Source: Acidobacteriota bacterium
GTDB taxonomy: Bacteria; Acidobacteriota; Terriglobia; Acidiferrales; UBA7541
Direction: 5' to 3'
Assembly (NCBI GenBank): GCA_037442425.1
Contig: JBBIQG010000004.1
Coordinates: 20,036 to 84,035, forward strand
Length of the DNA: 64,000 nucleotides
The notes under the pieces are model-generated. The model searched no databases. It was not told the origin of the DNA and saw only the letters and a list, made by a program, of their open reading frames with translations. Below, in pieces: positions 55,108-63,259 of the stretch (within the stretch, counting starts at the first letter, position 1; each line of letters opens with the position of its first letter). A program made the translations under genes and the position numbers.

Positions 55108-57435
55108 ATGAGCGAAGCGCATCAGTTGGTTCCCCGCCGCCCGGCGGGTGCGGTCGTGCGCGGCCCGTTGCCAGCTCCACGAGCAACCGACAGCCAGCGC
55201 GAAACGCCGGTGGATCTGGTGGCCTACTGGCGGGTGCTGCGCAAGCGTCGCTGGACGGTGCTGACGCTGTTCTGCATCGTCTGGCTGCTGGTGCTGGTCG
55301 GTACGCTGAAGATGCGGCCGGTGTTCGAAGCCCGCGGCTTGATCGAAATCGAAAAAGAAAATCCGAATTTCCTGACGATGAAGGAACTGTTTGAGCTGGA
55401 AACGGTCTCGGATGCTTATCTGGAAACCCAGTACAAGGTGCTCCGCAGCGATGCCTTGGCGCGACGAGTGATCCAGCAGTTGCGCTTGGACCGCATCCCC
55501 GAGTTCAACCCGACCGCCTCCTCGGCCGGCACAGTGTCGGCGGCCAGCGTGCCGGATTCGGTGCCGGGGCCGGAAGCGCTGGAGGCCACGCTGGCCAGCT
55601 ATCACCGGCGGCTGACCATCGCTCCGGTCAAGCGTAGCCGACTCGTGGAAATCAGTTTTCAGTCGCACGATCCAGAACTGGCCGCTGCCGTGGTCAATGC
55701 GCTTGCCGACAACTACATCGACCAGAGTTTGGAGGTGCGCTGGCAAGCTACCCAGAAGGCCAGTGAATGGCTCGGTCAGCAGCTCGACGGGCTGAAAGTG
55801 AAACTGGAACGCTCCGAAGAAGAGCTGCACCGGTACGCCCAGGAAAACGGCCTGGTGTTTCTGGAAACCAGCGACGGGCAGCCCGAGCACATTCTGGATG
55901 AGCGGCTGCGGCAGTTGCAGGAGGAGCTGACGCGGGCGCAGGCCGAGCGGTTCGAGCGGGAATCTCGCTATCGGCTGGTCGAGGCTGGGCATTTTTCGGC
56001 ATTGCCCGGCGGCGAGAGTAAGGTCATCGAAGACCTGCTCGTGCGGCTGGCCGATCTGCGGCGCGAACGGGCGGAGCTGGCCACGTTGTTCACCGGGGAA
56101 TATCCCCGCGTGCGCCAGCTCGACAACCAGATCGGTGAGCTCGAACAGTTGCTGGCCGCCGAACGTGCGCGCATGGCCGAGCGCGTCGGCAATGAGTACC
56201 GCGCGGCACTGGCACGGGAGCAGATGCTGGTCCGCGCCTTTGCCGAACAGCAACGGCAGCGGAACCAGGTGGCTGAACGCTCGGTGCAGTACAACATCCT
56301 CAAGCGAGAAGTGGAAACCAACCGACAACTCTACGAAGCCCTGCTGCAGCGGTTGAAGGAAGTCGGCGTTTCTTCGGGCATCAAATCCTCCAACATTCGC
56401 GTGGTGGATCGTGCCACGCCGCCGCGACGTCCCGCAAAACCGAACCTGCTGCTGAATCTGATCTTGGGAACCCTCTTCGGGCTCGGATTGGGAATCGGGA
56501 CGGCACTGCTGGTCGAGCACGTCGACAGTTCGATCAAAAGCTCGGAGGAAATCGAACGCTATCTGCAGATTCCCACGCTGGCGTTCATCCCGGCAGCCGA
56601 TTCGCTCATCGGGCGGCGCGGTGCCGTCTACGGTCGGCGGCCACAGATTTCGGGCGGTGTCTTGGCCGGGCGTCGGACGCAGAAGCCCAACGGGAAGCCG
56701 GCACCGGGGCTGAACATCTGGATGCGCATTGACCGACTGGAAAAAGAGCGTTCGGCGCTGGTGGAGGCCTTCGCCAGTCTGCGCACCTCGGTCCTGCTTT
56801 CTGCGGCCGACCGTCCCCCGCGGACTCTGTTGGTGACCAGTGCGCAGCCGGGCGAGGGGAAATCGACCATCTCCACCAACCTGGCGATTTCGTTGGCCCA
56901 GCTCGGTCAGCGTGTGCTGCTGATCGACGGAGACATGCGTCGGCCTTCGGTCCATCTGGTCTTCGGACTCGGACGGCAGCAGGGGTTGTCTGGCTATCTG
57001 TCCGGGCGGGTCGAGTGGAGGGAAGTGGTGCAGCCGACCGGCGTGCTGGGTCTGGATGCGCTGGTCTGCGGGCCGATTCCGCCGAACCCGGCGGAGTTGC
57101 TGAGCGGCGAGCGCATGTCCGCGCTGCTGCAGGAAGCTGCGCGCCACTATCACGTCGTGATTGTGGATTCGCCGCCCGTGCTGCATGTTTCCGACAGCCG
57201 CGTGCTGGCCACGCAAGTCGAAGGCGTCGTGCTGGTCGTCCAAGCAGGAACCACGCCGCGCGAGCTGGCGCAGCGGGCTCTTGCTGGAATCGAAAGTGTG
57301 GGCGGGCATGTGCTCGGCGTAGTGCTGAATCAGCTCGATGCTCGTTCTGCCGACGCGTATGCCTATTCCTACTATCACTACTACGAGCGGCGCGAGGTCG
57401 AGACGGCGGAAAGCGCCGCCAGCCCGGACCGTTGA
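55108..57435 (+). CDS. wzc: Polysaccharide co-polymerase / BY-kinase tyrosine autokinase (Wzc/GumC-like)
   Basis: N-terminal Wzz-type domain with TM helix, then a long coiled coil. Walker A SAQPGEGKSTIS, A' LLIDGDMRRP, B VVIVDSPP. C-terminal Tyr cluster DAYAYSYYHYYE. Confidence 0.9.
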   Translation: MSEAHQLVPRRPAGAVVRGPLPAPRATDSQRETPVDLVAYWRVLRKRRWTVLTLFCIVWLLVLVGTLKMRPVFEARGLIEIEKENPNFLTMKELFELETVSDAYLETQYKVLRSDALARRVIQQLRLDRIPEFNPTASSAGTVSAASVPDSVPGPEALEATLASYHRRLTIAPVKRSRLVEISFQSHDPELAAAVVNALADNYIDQSLEVRWQATQKASEWLGQQLDGLKVKLERSEEELHRYAQENGLVFLETSDGQPEHILDERLRQLQEELTRAQAERFERESRYRLVEAGHFSALPGGESKVIEDLLVRLADLRRERAELATLFTGEYPRVRQLDNQIGELEQLLAAERARMAERVGNEYRAALAREQMLVRAFAEQQRQRNQVAERSVQYNILKREVETNRQLYEALLQRLKEVGVSSGIKSSNIRVVDRATPPRRPAKPNLLLNLILGTLFGLGLGIGTALLVEHVDSSIKSSEEIERYLQIPTLAFIPAADSLIGRRGAVYGRRPQISGGVLAGRRTQKPNGKPAPGLNIWMRIDRLEKERSALVEAFASLRTSVLLSAADRPPRTLLVTSAQPGEGKSTISTNLAISLAQLGQRVLLIDGDMRRPSVHLVFGLGRQQGLSGYLSGRVEWREVVQPTGVLGLDALVCGPIPPNPAELLSGERMSALLQEAARHYHVVIVDSPPVLHVSDSRVLATQVEGVVLVVQAGTTPRELAQRALAGIESVGGHVLGVVLNQLDARSADAYAYSYYHYYERREVETAESAASPDR

Positions 57436-57483
57436 AGTCGGTGCCGGGGCGGCGCCGGCCCGCTCGGGATGTGAGGGTGTGTG

Positions 57484-58176
57484 ATGCAAATCTTTCTCGA
57501 TAGCGCCAATCGCCAGGAAATCGCGCGATGGCTTGCGCATGGCTTGGTAGACGGAGTCACCACGAATCCGTCGATTTGTTTGCGAGACGGTGTCTATGAC
57601 CTGGAAGAGGGCACGCGAGCGCTATGCCGATTGCTCGACCCGCGCCCGGTTTCGGTCGAAGTGACCAGCAATGATCCCGAGCAGATGCTGCGCCAGGGAC
57701 GCGCCATGGCCCGCTGGGCGCCGAACGTGGTGGTCAAGATTCCCGTGATCAACCAGGACGGCCTTTCCTGCCTCGATGTCGTGCACCGGTTGGCTCAGGA
57801 AGGCATTGCGGTCAACTGCACTGCGATCCTTTCCTTCAATCAGGCTCTGCTGGCCGCGAAGGCGGGCGCGAGCTACGTCAGTCTGTTCGCTGGCAGGATT
57901 GCGGACGAAGGTGGCAATCCGTCCGAGGTCATCGGCCATGTGCGCGGCTGGCTGGATCGCTGGGCCCATCCGGCGCGAATCATCGTCGGCAGTATTCGCA
58001 CCGTGCTGGACGTGCAGTGGGCAGCAATGGCGGGAGCCCACATCATCACCATTCCGCCGCCGTTTCTGCCGCGCATGGTGGATCACAAGTACAGCCGGGA
58101 GACCGTGCGCGGCTTCAACGCCGATGCGGAACGGGCGCTGGCAGAACTCGCTGCGCGCACCGCCGACCGCGGTTAG
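57484..58176 (+). CDS. Short-form transaldolase / fructose-6-phosphate aldolase family protein (TalC/FSA class)
   Basis: MQIFLDSAN...DGVTTNPS...VVVKIPV (Schiff-base Lys)...GIAVNCTAILSFNQALLAAKAGASYVSLFAGRI. About 230 aa. Confidence 0.85.
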   Translation: MQIFLDSANRQEIARWLAHGLVDGVTTNPSICLRDGVYDLEEGTRALCRLLDPRPVSVEVTSNDPEQMLRQGRAMARWAPNVVVKIPVINQDGLSCLDVVHRLAQEGIAVNCTAILSFNQALLAAKAGASYVSLFAGRIADEGGNPSEVIGHVRGWLDRWAHPARIIVGSIRTVLDVQWAAMAGAHIITIPPPFLPRMVDHKYSRETVRGFNADAERALAELAARTADRG

Positions 58177-58197
58177 GCAATCCGGCAGGGGAACGCG

Positions 58198-59658
58198 ATG
58201 CGACAGTCCTATGCTTTCACCGGTGGATGGACCACCCGGCATCTGCTGCTGGGAGCCGATCTGCTCTGGGTGACGGCCAGCTTCTATCTCTCCTACCGCC
58301 TGCTCCCGGTCTACCGCCCGTGGCTGCGTGCCGGGACTGCGGACCCGGGCCATTTCTCCGCGCACGCCTGGCTGCTGCTGTTGATTCTGCCGCTCTGGAT
58401 TGGTCTGGCCGCGCAGGCCGGGTTGTACGCGCGCACGCGACTGGCCTGGCGGCTGGTGCTGCAGCGGACGTTGCGCACGTCAGCGTTCGGACTGGCCGGT
58501 TTGGCCGTGGTGATCTTTGCCGCCAAGCTGGTCGAAGTGAGTCGGCTGATCCTGTTCGGTTTCTGTCTGCTCTACATTCCGGTTTCGCTCGCCGGTCGCT
58601 GGCTGGTGCTGGGACTGCTCGCGCTGCGCCGCACACACATCTACAACGTGCCGCGAGTTTTGGTGGTGGGTACGCGGGAACGGGCGCGCGAATTCATCCG
58701 CCGCGCACGGCACGCCGACGAAGCCGACTACTGCGTGGTCGGTTGTCTCGACCCGGAACCGCTGCCGGCCCGCGCTACGGTCGAAGGCGTTCCGGTGCTG
58801 GGCGGCACCGATGCGCTGGCTTCGATCCTGACCCGCGAGGCGGTGGATTGGGTGGTGTTCGCCATGCCGCTGACTCTGGTGCCGGACGCCAACCAGCAGA
58901 TTGCTGCCGCGGTCGAGCTCGGACTGCGGGTGGTGGTGCTGCCGGATTTCCAGTTGCACCGGGCGGGTTACTCGATGGCCGATCCGCAGGTTTCGCTGGA
59001 ATTTTTCCTCGGCCTGCCCGTGGCCGTGATTTCCAACGTCCGCTGGAGCGGTGGCTATCGATTGGTCAAACGGGCCATGGACTTGGTCGGAGCCGCGGTG
59101 CTGCTGGTGCTGTTGTCGCCGTTGCTGGCGGCCATTGCGGTGGCGATCAAGCTGAGCGATCCGCGCGCACCGGTCCTCTACCGCTGGCGGGTGCTCGGGC
59201 GCAATCACCGACCGATCACGAGCTGGAAATTCCGCACCATGGTGACCGATGCCGACCGCCGCAAGGCCGAGCTGGCGGCGGCCAACGAGATGAACGGGCC
59301 GGTCTTCAAGATGCGCAACGACCCACGGGTGACGCGGCTGGGCCGCTGGCTGCGCAAGTACAGTCTGGATGAGCTGCCGCAACTGGTCAGCGTGCTGCGC
59401 GGCGACCTGAGCCTGGTCGGGCCGCGTCCACCGTTTGCCGAAGAAGCGGAGCGGTTCGCATTCTGGCAGCGGCGGAAGCTTTCGGTCAAGCCGGGCTTGA
59501 CCTGCTTGTGGCAGGTGAACGGTCGCAACGAAATCCGCGACTTCGACCACTGGGTGCAACTGGACCTGGAATACATCCGCCGGGCCTCGCTGGGCTTGGA
59601 CTGCTGGATTTTGTTGAAGACGATCCCTGCGGTGCTGCGCGGGCGCGGGGCCTACTAG
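58198..59658 (+). CDS. Polyprenyl-phosphate hexose-1-phosphate transferase (WbaP/EpsB-type priming phosphoglycosyl transferase)
   Basis: Four or five N-terminal TM helices, a central linker domain, then the C-terminal catalytic domain KRAMDLVGAAVLLVLLSPLL...WKFRTM...GPVFKMRNDPRVTRLGRWLRKYSLDELPQL...LSLVGPRP. Confidence 0.9.
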   Translation: MRQSYAFTGGWTTRHLLLGADLLWVTASFYLSYRLLPVYRPWLRAGTADPGHFSAHAWLLLLILPLWIGLAAQAGLYARTRLAWRLVLQRTLRTSAFGLAGLAVVIFAAKLVEVSRLILFGFCLLYIPVSLAGRWLVLGLLALRRTHIYNVPRVLVVGTRERAREFIRRARHADEADYCVVGCLDPEPLPARATVEGVPVLGGTDALASILTREAVDWVVFAMPLTLVPDANQQIAAAVELGLRVVVLPDFQLHRAGYSMADPQVSLEFFLGLPVAVISNVRWSGGYRLVKRAMDLVGAAVLLVLLSPLLAAIAVAIKLSDPRAPVLYRWRVLGRNHRPITSWKFRTMVTDADRRKAELAAANEMNGPVFKMRNDPRVTRLGRWLRKYSLDELPQLVSVLRGDLSLVGPRPPFAEEAERFAFWQRRKLSVKPGLTCLWQVNGRNEIRDFDHWVQLDLEYIRRASLGLDCWILLKTIPAVLRGRGAY

Positions 59659-59691
59659 TTCGCGTGCAGGCACACCGCACGCAGAGGGAGG

Positions 59692-60843
59692 ATGGAGTTG
59701 GCGGAAACGATTTTAGTGACGGGTGGTGCTGGGTTTATCGGCTCGCACACGGTGGATCTGCTGCTTGCCCGTGGTTACCGCGTGCGCGTGCTCGACAATC
59801 TCCAGCCGCGGGTGCATCCGCACGGCTGGCCTGCTTGGCTGCCGGCCGAGGTGGAACGGATGGCGGGCGATGTGCGCGATGCGACAACCTGGGAGCGAGC
59901 TCTGGACGGGGTGCGTGGCGTATTTCACCTGGCGGCTTACCAGGACTACCAGCCCGATTTCTCCACTTTCGTGCAGGTCAATGCGGTTTCGACCGCGTTG
60001 CTGTTCGAAGTGATCGCAGCCCGGCGGCTGCCGGTCGAAAAGGTGGTGCTGGCATCTTCACAGGCCGTCTATGGAGAGGGCAAATACCGCTGCGCCGAGC
60101 ACGGCGTGTTCTATCCGGCCGCGCGTTCGCTGGCGCGGCTGCGGGCCGGCCAGTGGGAACATCCCTGTCCACAATGCAGGGCCGATCTGGAGCCGGTTCC
60201 GTTGGAGGAATCGGTTGTCCACCCGCACACCGCCTACGGCATCTCGAAGTACGCCGCCGAACTGCTCGGCTTTCAGCTCGGCCGACGGCTGGGCATCCCC
60301 GTCGTGGCCATGCGGTATTCGATTGTGCAGGGACCGCGGAACTCGCTCTGGAACGCGTATTCGGGCATCTGCCGGATCTTCGTCAAACGGCTACTGCGCG
60401 GCCAGCCCCCCGTGGTGTTCGAAGACGGTCGCCAGTTGCGCGACTACGTGCACGTGGCCGACGTGGCCCGTGCCAATCTTTTGGTTTGGGAGCGTCGAGA
60501 GGCGGAGTTTCAGGCCTACAACGTGGGCGGTCAGCAGGCAACCAGCGTGCTCGAGTTCGCCACCCTAGCGGCACGGGCCTGTGATGCGGCGATTGCTCCG
60601 ATCGTGCGCGGCGAGTTTCGCCTGGGCGATGCTCGTCACACGATCTCCGATTCGGCAAAGCTGCGCGCACTCGGCTGGGCGCCGAAGCACGGTGTCGAGC
60701 AAATCCTCCGCGATTATGTGGCCTGGGTGCGCGAGCAGGGCGAGCCGCCCGACAACGCTGAGCAAGCCGCCGAGGAAATGAGGCGCGCTGGTGTGCTGGT
60801 GACTGCCACACCATCGGCACAGGAGGTGCGGGCCGGATCATGA
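59692..60843 (+). CDS. Extended SDR NAD-dependent sugar epimerase/dehydratase with a Cys/His-containing insertion
   Basis: ILVTGGAGFIGSH; SSQAVYGEG; YGISKYAAE (YxxxK). A roughly 40-aa insert KYRCAEHG...HPCPQC lies between them. Confidence 0.8.
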   Translation: MELAETILVTGGAGFIGSHTVDLLLARGYRVRVLDNLQPRVHPHGWPAWLPAEVERMAGDVRDATTWERALDGVRGVFHLAAYQDYQPDFSTFVQVNAVSTALLFEVIAARRLPVEKVVLASSQAVYGEGKYRCAEHGVFYPAARSLARLRAGQWEHPCPQCRADLEPVPLEESVVHPHTAYGISKYAAELLGFQLGRRLGIPVVAMRYSIVQGPRNSLWNAYSGICRIFVKRLLRGQPPVVFEDGRQLRDYVHVADVARANLLVWERREAEFQAYNVGGQQATSVLEFATLAARACDAAIAPIVRGEFRLGDARHTISDSAKLRALGWAPKHGVEQILRDYVAWVREQGEPPDNAEQAAEEMRRAGVLVTATPSAQEVRAGS

Positions 60844-61916
60844 TCGTCACACGCACACCGTTTCGCATCACGCTCGGAGGCGGCGGCACCGATCTGCCTG
60901 CGTACTACCGCCAGCGGGGCGGGTTTGTTTTCGCCGCCGCGATCAACAAATACATGGTGATCAACCTGAACCGGCCGGTCGTCGACGATCTGGTGCGGGT
61001 CAAATACACGCGCACGGAGATCGTTCCACACCGGGACCAGCTCGAGCACGATATCGCGCGCGAAGCCCTGCGGCTGGTCGGGATCGAACGCGGCGTGGAG
61101 ATTGTCTCCATGGCCGATGTGCCGGCCGGAACCGGACTCGGCAGCTCGAGCTGCTACGCGGTGGGGCTGCTGAACGCTCTGCACACGCTGCAGCGCCGTC
61201 CGCTGGGCCCGGCCGATCTGGCCGAGGAAGCCTGCCATCTGGAGATCGAAATTCTGGGCAAGCCCATCGGCAAGCAGGATCAGTACTTGGCGGCCTTCGG
61301 CGGGTTGACCGTACTGGAGATTGCCCCGGATGGTTGCGTCGCTGTGCGCCCGGCACGGGTTTCCGAGGAAACCCTCGAGGAGCTGCGGCGCAATATGCTG
61401 CTGTTTTACACCGGCACCGAACGCAACGCACTGGACATTCTGGCTGAACAGAGTCGCGCGGCGGCCGCGGCCAGCGACGGCGTGCTCAGCAGCTTGGACC
61501 GCATCAAGGAGATGGGCTGGCAGATTCTGGAATGGATCGAGGCGGGCGACCTGACCAGCTTCGGGTTGGCGCTCGACCGGCACTGGCAGTTGAAGAAGCG
61601 GCTCTCGACCAAGGTGACCAACCCGCGCTTCGATGCCCTCTACGAACTGGCCCGTGCCCACGGCGCGCTGGGCGGCAAGCTGTCCGGTGCTGGCGGCGGC
61701 GGTTTCTTTCTGTTCTACACCGAACGGCGACACCAGCAACTGCGCGAAGCGATGCGCGCTGCCGGGCTGCGCGAAATGCGATACGGCTTCGACTTCGAAG
61801 GTTCGAAGGTGCTGGTGAACTTCCTCGATGGGGGCTTCTCGGCTGCGGTGCAGGCGCTGTCGGCTGTGCCCACCGGTGTGGAGACATCCGCACGGAGCGA
61901 ATCATGGCCCGCATAG
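60840..61916 (+). CDS. GHMP-family sugar kinase of the D-glycero-D-manno-heptose-7-phosphate kinase (HddA)-like group
   Basis: TRTPFRITLGGGGTDLPAYY, VPAGTGLGSSSCYAVG, GKQDQYLAAFGG, LFYTGTER, GGKLSGAGGGGFFLFY. The ATGA overlaps the upstream SDR stop. Confidence 0.8.
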   Translation: MIVTRTPFRITLGGGGTDLPAYYRQRGGFVFAAAINKYMVINLNRPVVDDLVRVKYTRTEIVPHRDQLEHDIAREALRLVGIERGVEIVSMADVPAGTGLGSSSCYAVGLLNALHTLQRRPLGPADLAEEACHLEIEILGKPIGKQDQYLAAFGGLTVLEIAPDGCVAVRPARVSEETLEELRRNMLLFYTGTERNALDILAEQSRAAAAASDGVLSSLDRIKEMGWQILEWIEAGDLTSFGLALDRHWQLKKRLSTKVTNPRFDALYELARAHGALGGKLSGAGGGGFFLFYTERRHQQLREAMRAAGLREMRYGFDFEGSKVLVNFLDGGFSAAVQALSAVPTGVETSARSESWPA

Positions 61917-63259
61917 CCGTTTTCGGTCTGTGGCATCTCGGCTGCGTCGTGGCTGGTTCTCTGGCCCGACTCGGGCACCAGGTCTGCGGCACCGATTTGG
62001 ATAGCGCGGTGGTCGCTCGGCTGGCGGCCGGCGAGCCGCCGCTGTTCGAGCCAGGGTTGCAGGAGCTGCTGACCGGCGAGCTCAGCACCGGTCGGCTAGC
62101 GTTTACTGCCGACGCGGCTCGTGCCCTTGCCGGCGCGGATGCAGCCTTCATCACGTTCGACACGCCGGTCGACGCCGCCGATGGCAGCGACCTTCGTCCC
62201 ATCGAACGTGCAGCACTGGCTATTGCTGCGCATGCGCGCACGCCCCTGACGGTAGTGCTGATGAGTCAGGTGCCGGTCGGCACCACGCGCCGGCTGGCGG
62301 CCGAGATGGCTGCACGTGCCCCGGAGTTGCAGTTCACCCTGCTCTGCCAGCCGGAAAACCTGCGGCTCGGACAAGCGCTGGAAACGTTCATCCGGCCCGA
62401 CCGCATCGTGGTGGGCGCAGAAAACCGCGCAGCGGCCGAGAAATTGGAGCCGCTCTATCGCGGGGTTCCGGGCCCGCGGTTGATCATGAGCTGGGAGAGT
62501 GCTGAGTTGGCCAAACACGCCACCAACGCCTTTCTGGCCACCTCGGTCAGCTTCGCCAACGAGCTGGCTGCGCTGGCTGAAGTTGTCGGAGCCGATATCC
62601 GCGACGTCGTCGGTGTCCTGCGGGCCGATCGGCGGATCGGTCCACAGGCCTTTCTCAGCCCCGGGCCCGGTTTCGCCGGCGGTACGCTGGGTCGCGATGT
62701 CCAGACGCTCCGACAGCTCGGTGCGCGCAGTGGCCAGCCAACCTGTCTGCTCGATGCGGTACTCGCCGTCAATCAGGCACGATTGCCCATGTTGGTGGAG
62801 AAGCTGCGGCGATTGCTCGGCGGGGAACTGGCGGGACGACGGATCACTCTGCTCGGCTTGGTCTACAAACCCGGCACGAGCACCTTGCGTCGTTCGCACG
62901 CCTTGGAGCTGGCTCGGCGACTGGCCGATGCCGGCGCGATGCTGCAGGCCTACGATCCCCGGGTGACGGGTTCTGCCGGTACTGAACTGGATGGCAGCGG
63001 AATCGTGCTCGGTGCGGACCCTTACCAAGCGGCCGCCGGTGCTGATGCCGTTTTGCTGGCTACGCCTTGGCCTGAGTTTCGCACCCTCGACTGGGTACAG
63101 ATGCGCCGGGTGATGCGCGGCGCGGTCGTTTTGGATGCGCACAATCTGCTCGACCCAGTGGAACTGGCTCGTGCGGGATTGGTCTGGGCCGGAGTCGGAG
63201 TTCCGCAGCCCGGCTCGACCCAGTCGAAAGCAGGTTCGATGGCAGGAGTGGGACGATGA
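61904..63259 (+). CDS. UDP-glucose/GDP-mannose dehydrogenase family protein lacking the catalytic cysteine
   Basis: MARIAVFGLWHLGCVVAGSLA (Rossmann), ELAKHATNAFLATSVSFANE, LGLVYKPGTSTLRRS. The active-site motif reads PGPGFAGGTLGRD where family members have GFGGSC(F/L)PKD. It overlaps the GHMP kinase by 13 nt. The track ORF start 61532 is an over-extension. Confidence 0.8.
   Translation: MARIAVFGLWHLGCVVAGSLARLGHQVCGTDLDSAVVARLAAGEPPLFEPGLQELLTGELSTGRLAFTADAARALAGADAAFITFDTPVDAADGSDLRPIERAALAIAAHARTPLTVVLMSQVPVGTTRRLAAEMAARAPELQFTLLCQPENLRLGQALETFIRPDRIVVGAENRAAAEKLEPLYRGVPGPRLIMSWESAELAKHATNAFLATSVSFANELAALAEVVGADIRDVVGVLRADRRIGPQAFLSPGPGFAGGTLGRDVQTLRQLGARSGQPTCLLDAVLAVNQARLPMLVEKLRRLLGGELAGRRITLLGLVYKPGTSTLRRSHALELARRLADAGAMLQAYDPRVTGSAGTELDGSGIVLGADPYQAAAGADAVLLATPWPEFRTLDWVQMRRVMRGAVVLDAHNLLDPVELARAGLVWAGVGVPQPGSTQSKAGSMAGVGR

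Noticed and set aside
55078-57540. 820-aa ORF antisense to wzc. Similar long antisense ORFs occur at 50116-51807, 30044-31390, 46639-47871, 62096-63268, 58480-59673 and 60714-61739.
   Set aside because: Each is the mirror frame of a gene with clear family motifs, and none shows motifs of its own. They are a high-GC artefact.
61532-63259. Long N-terminal extensions suggested by the longest-ORF track. Examples: 61532 for the UGDH-family gene, 17640 for the PTP, 32095 for acpS, 53186 for the PHP phosphatase, 53841 for wza, 47861 for DUF962 and 29828 for mtaB.
   Set aside because: The extensions overlap upstream genes or precede the conserved family N-termini. Internal starts with better context were used instead.
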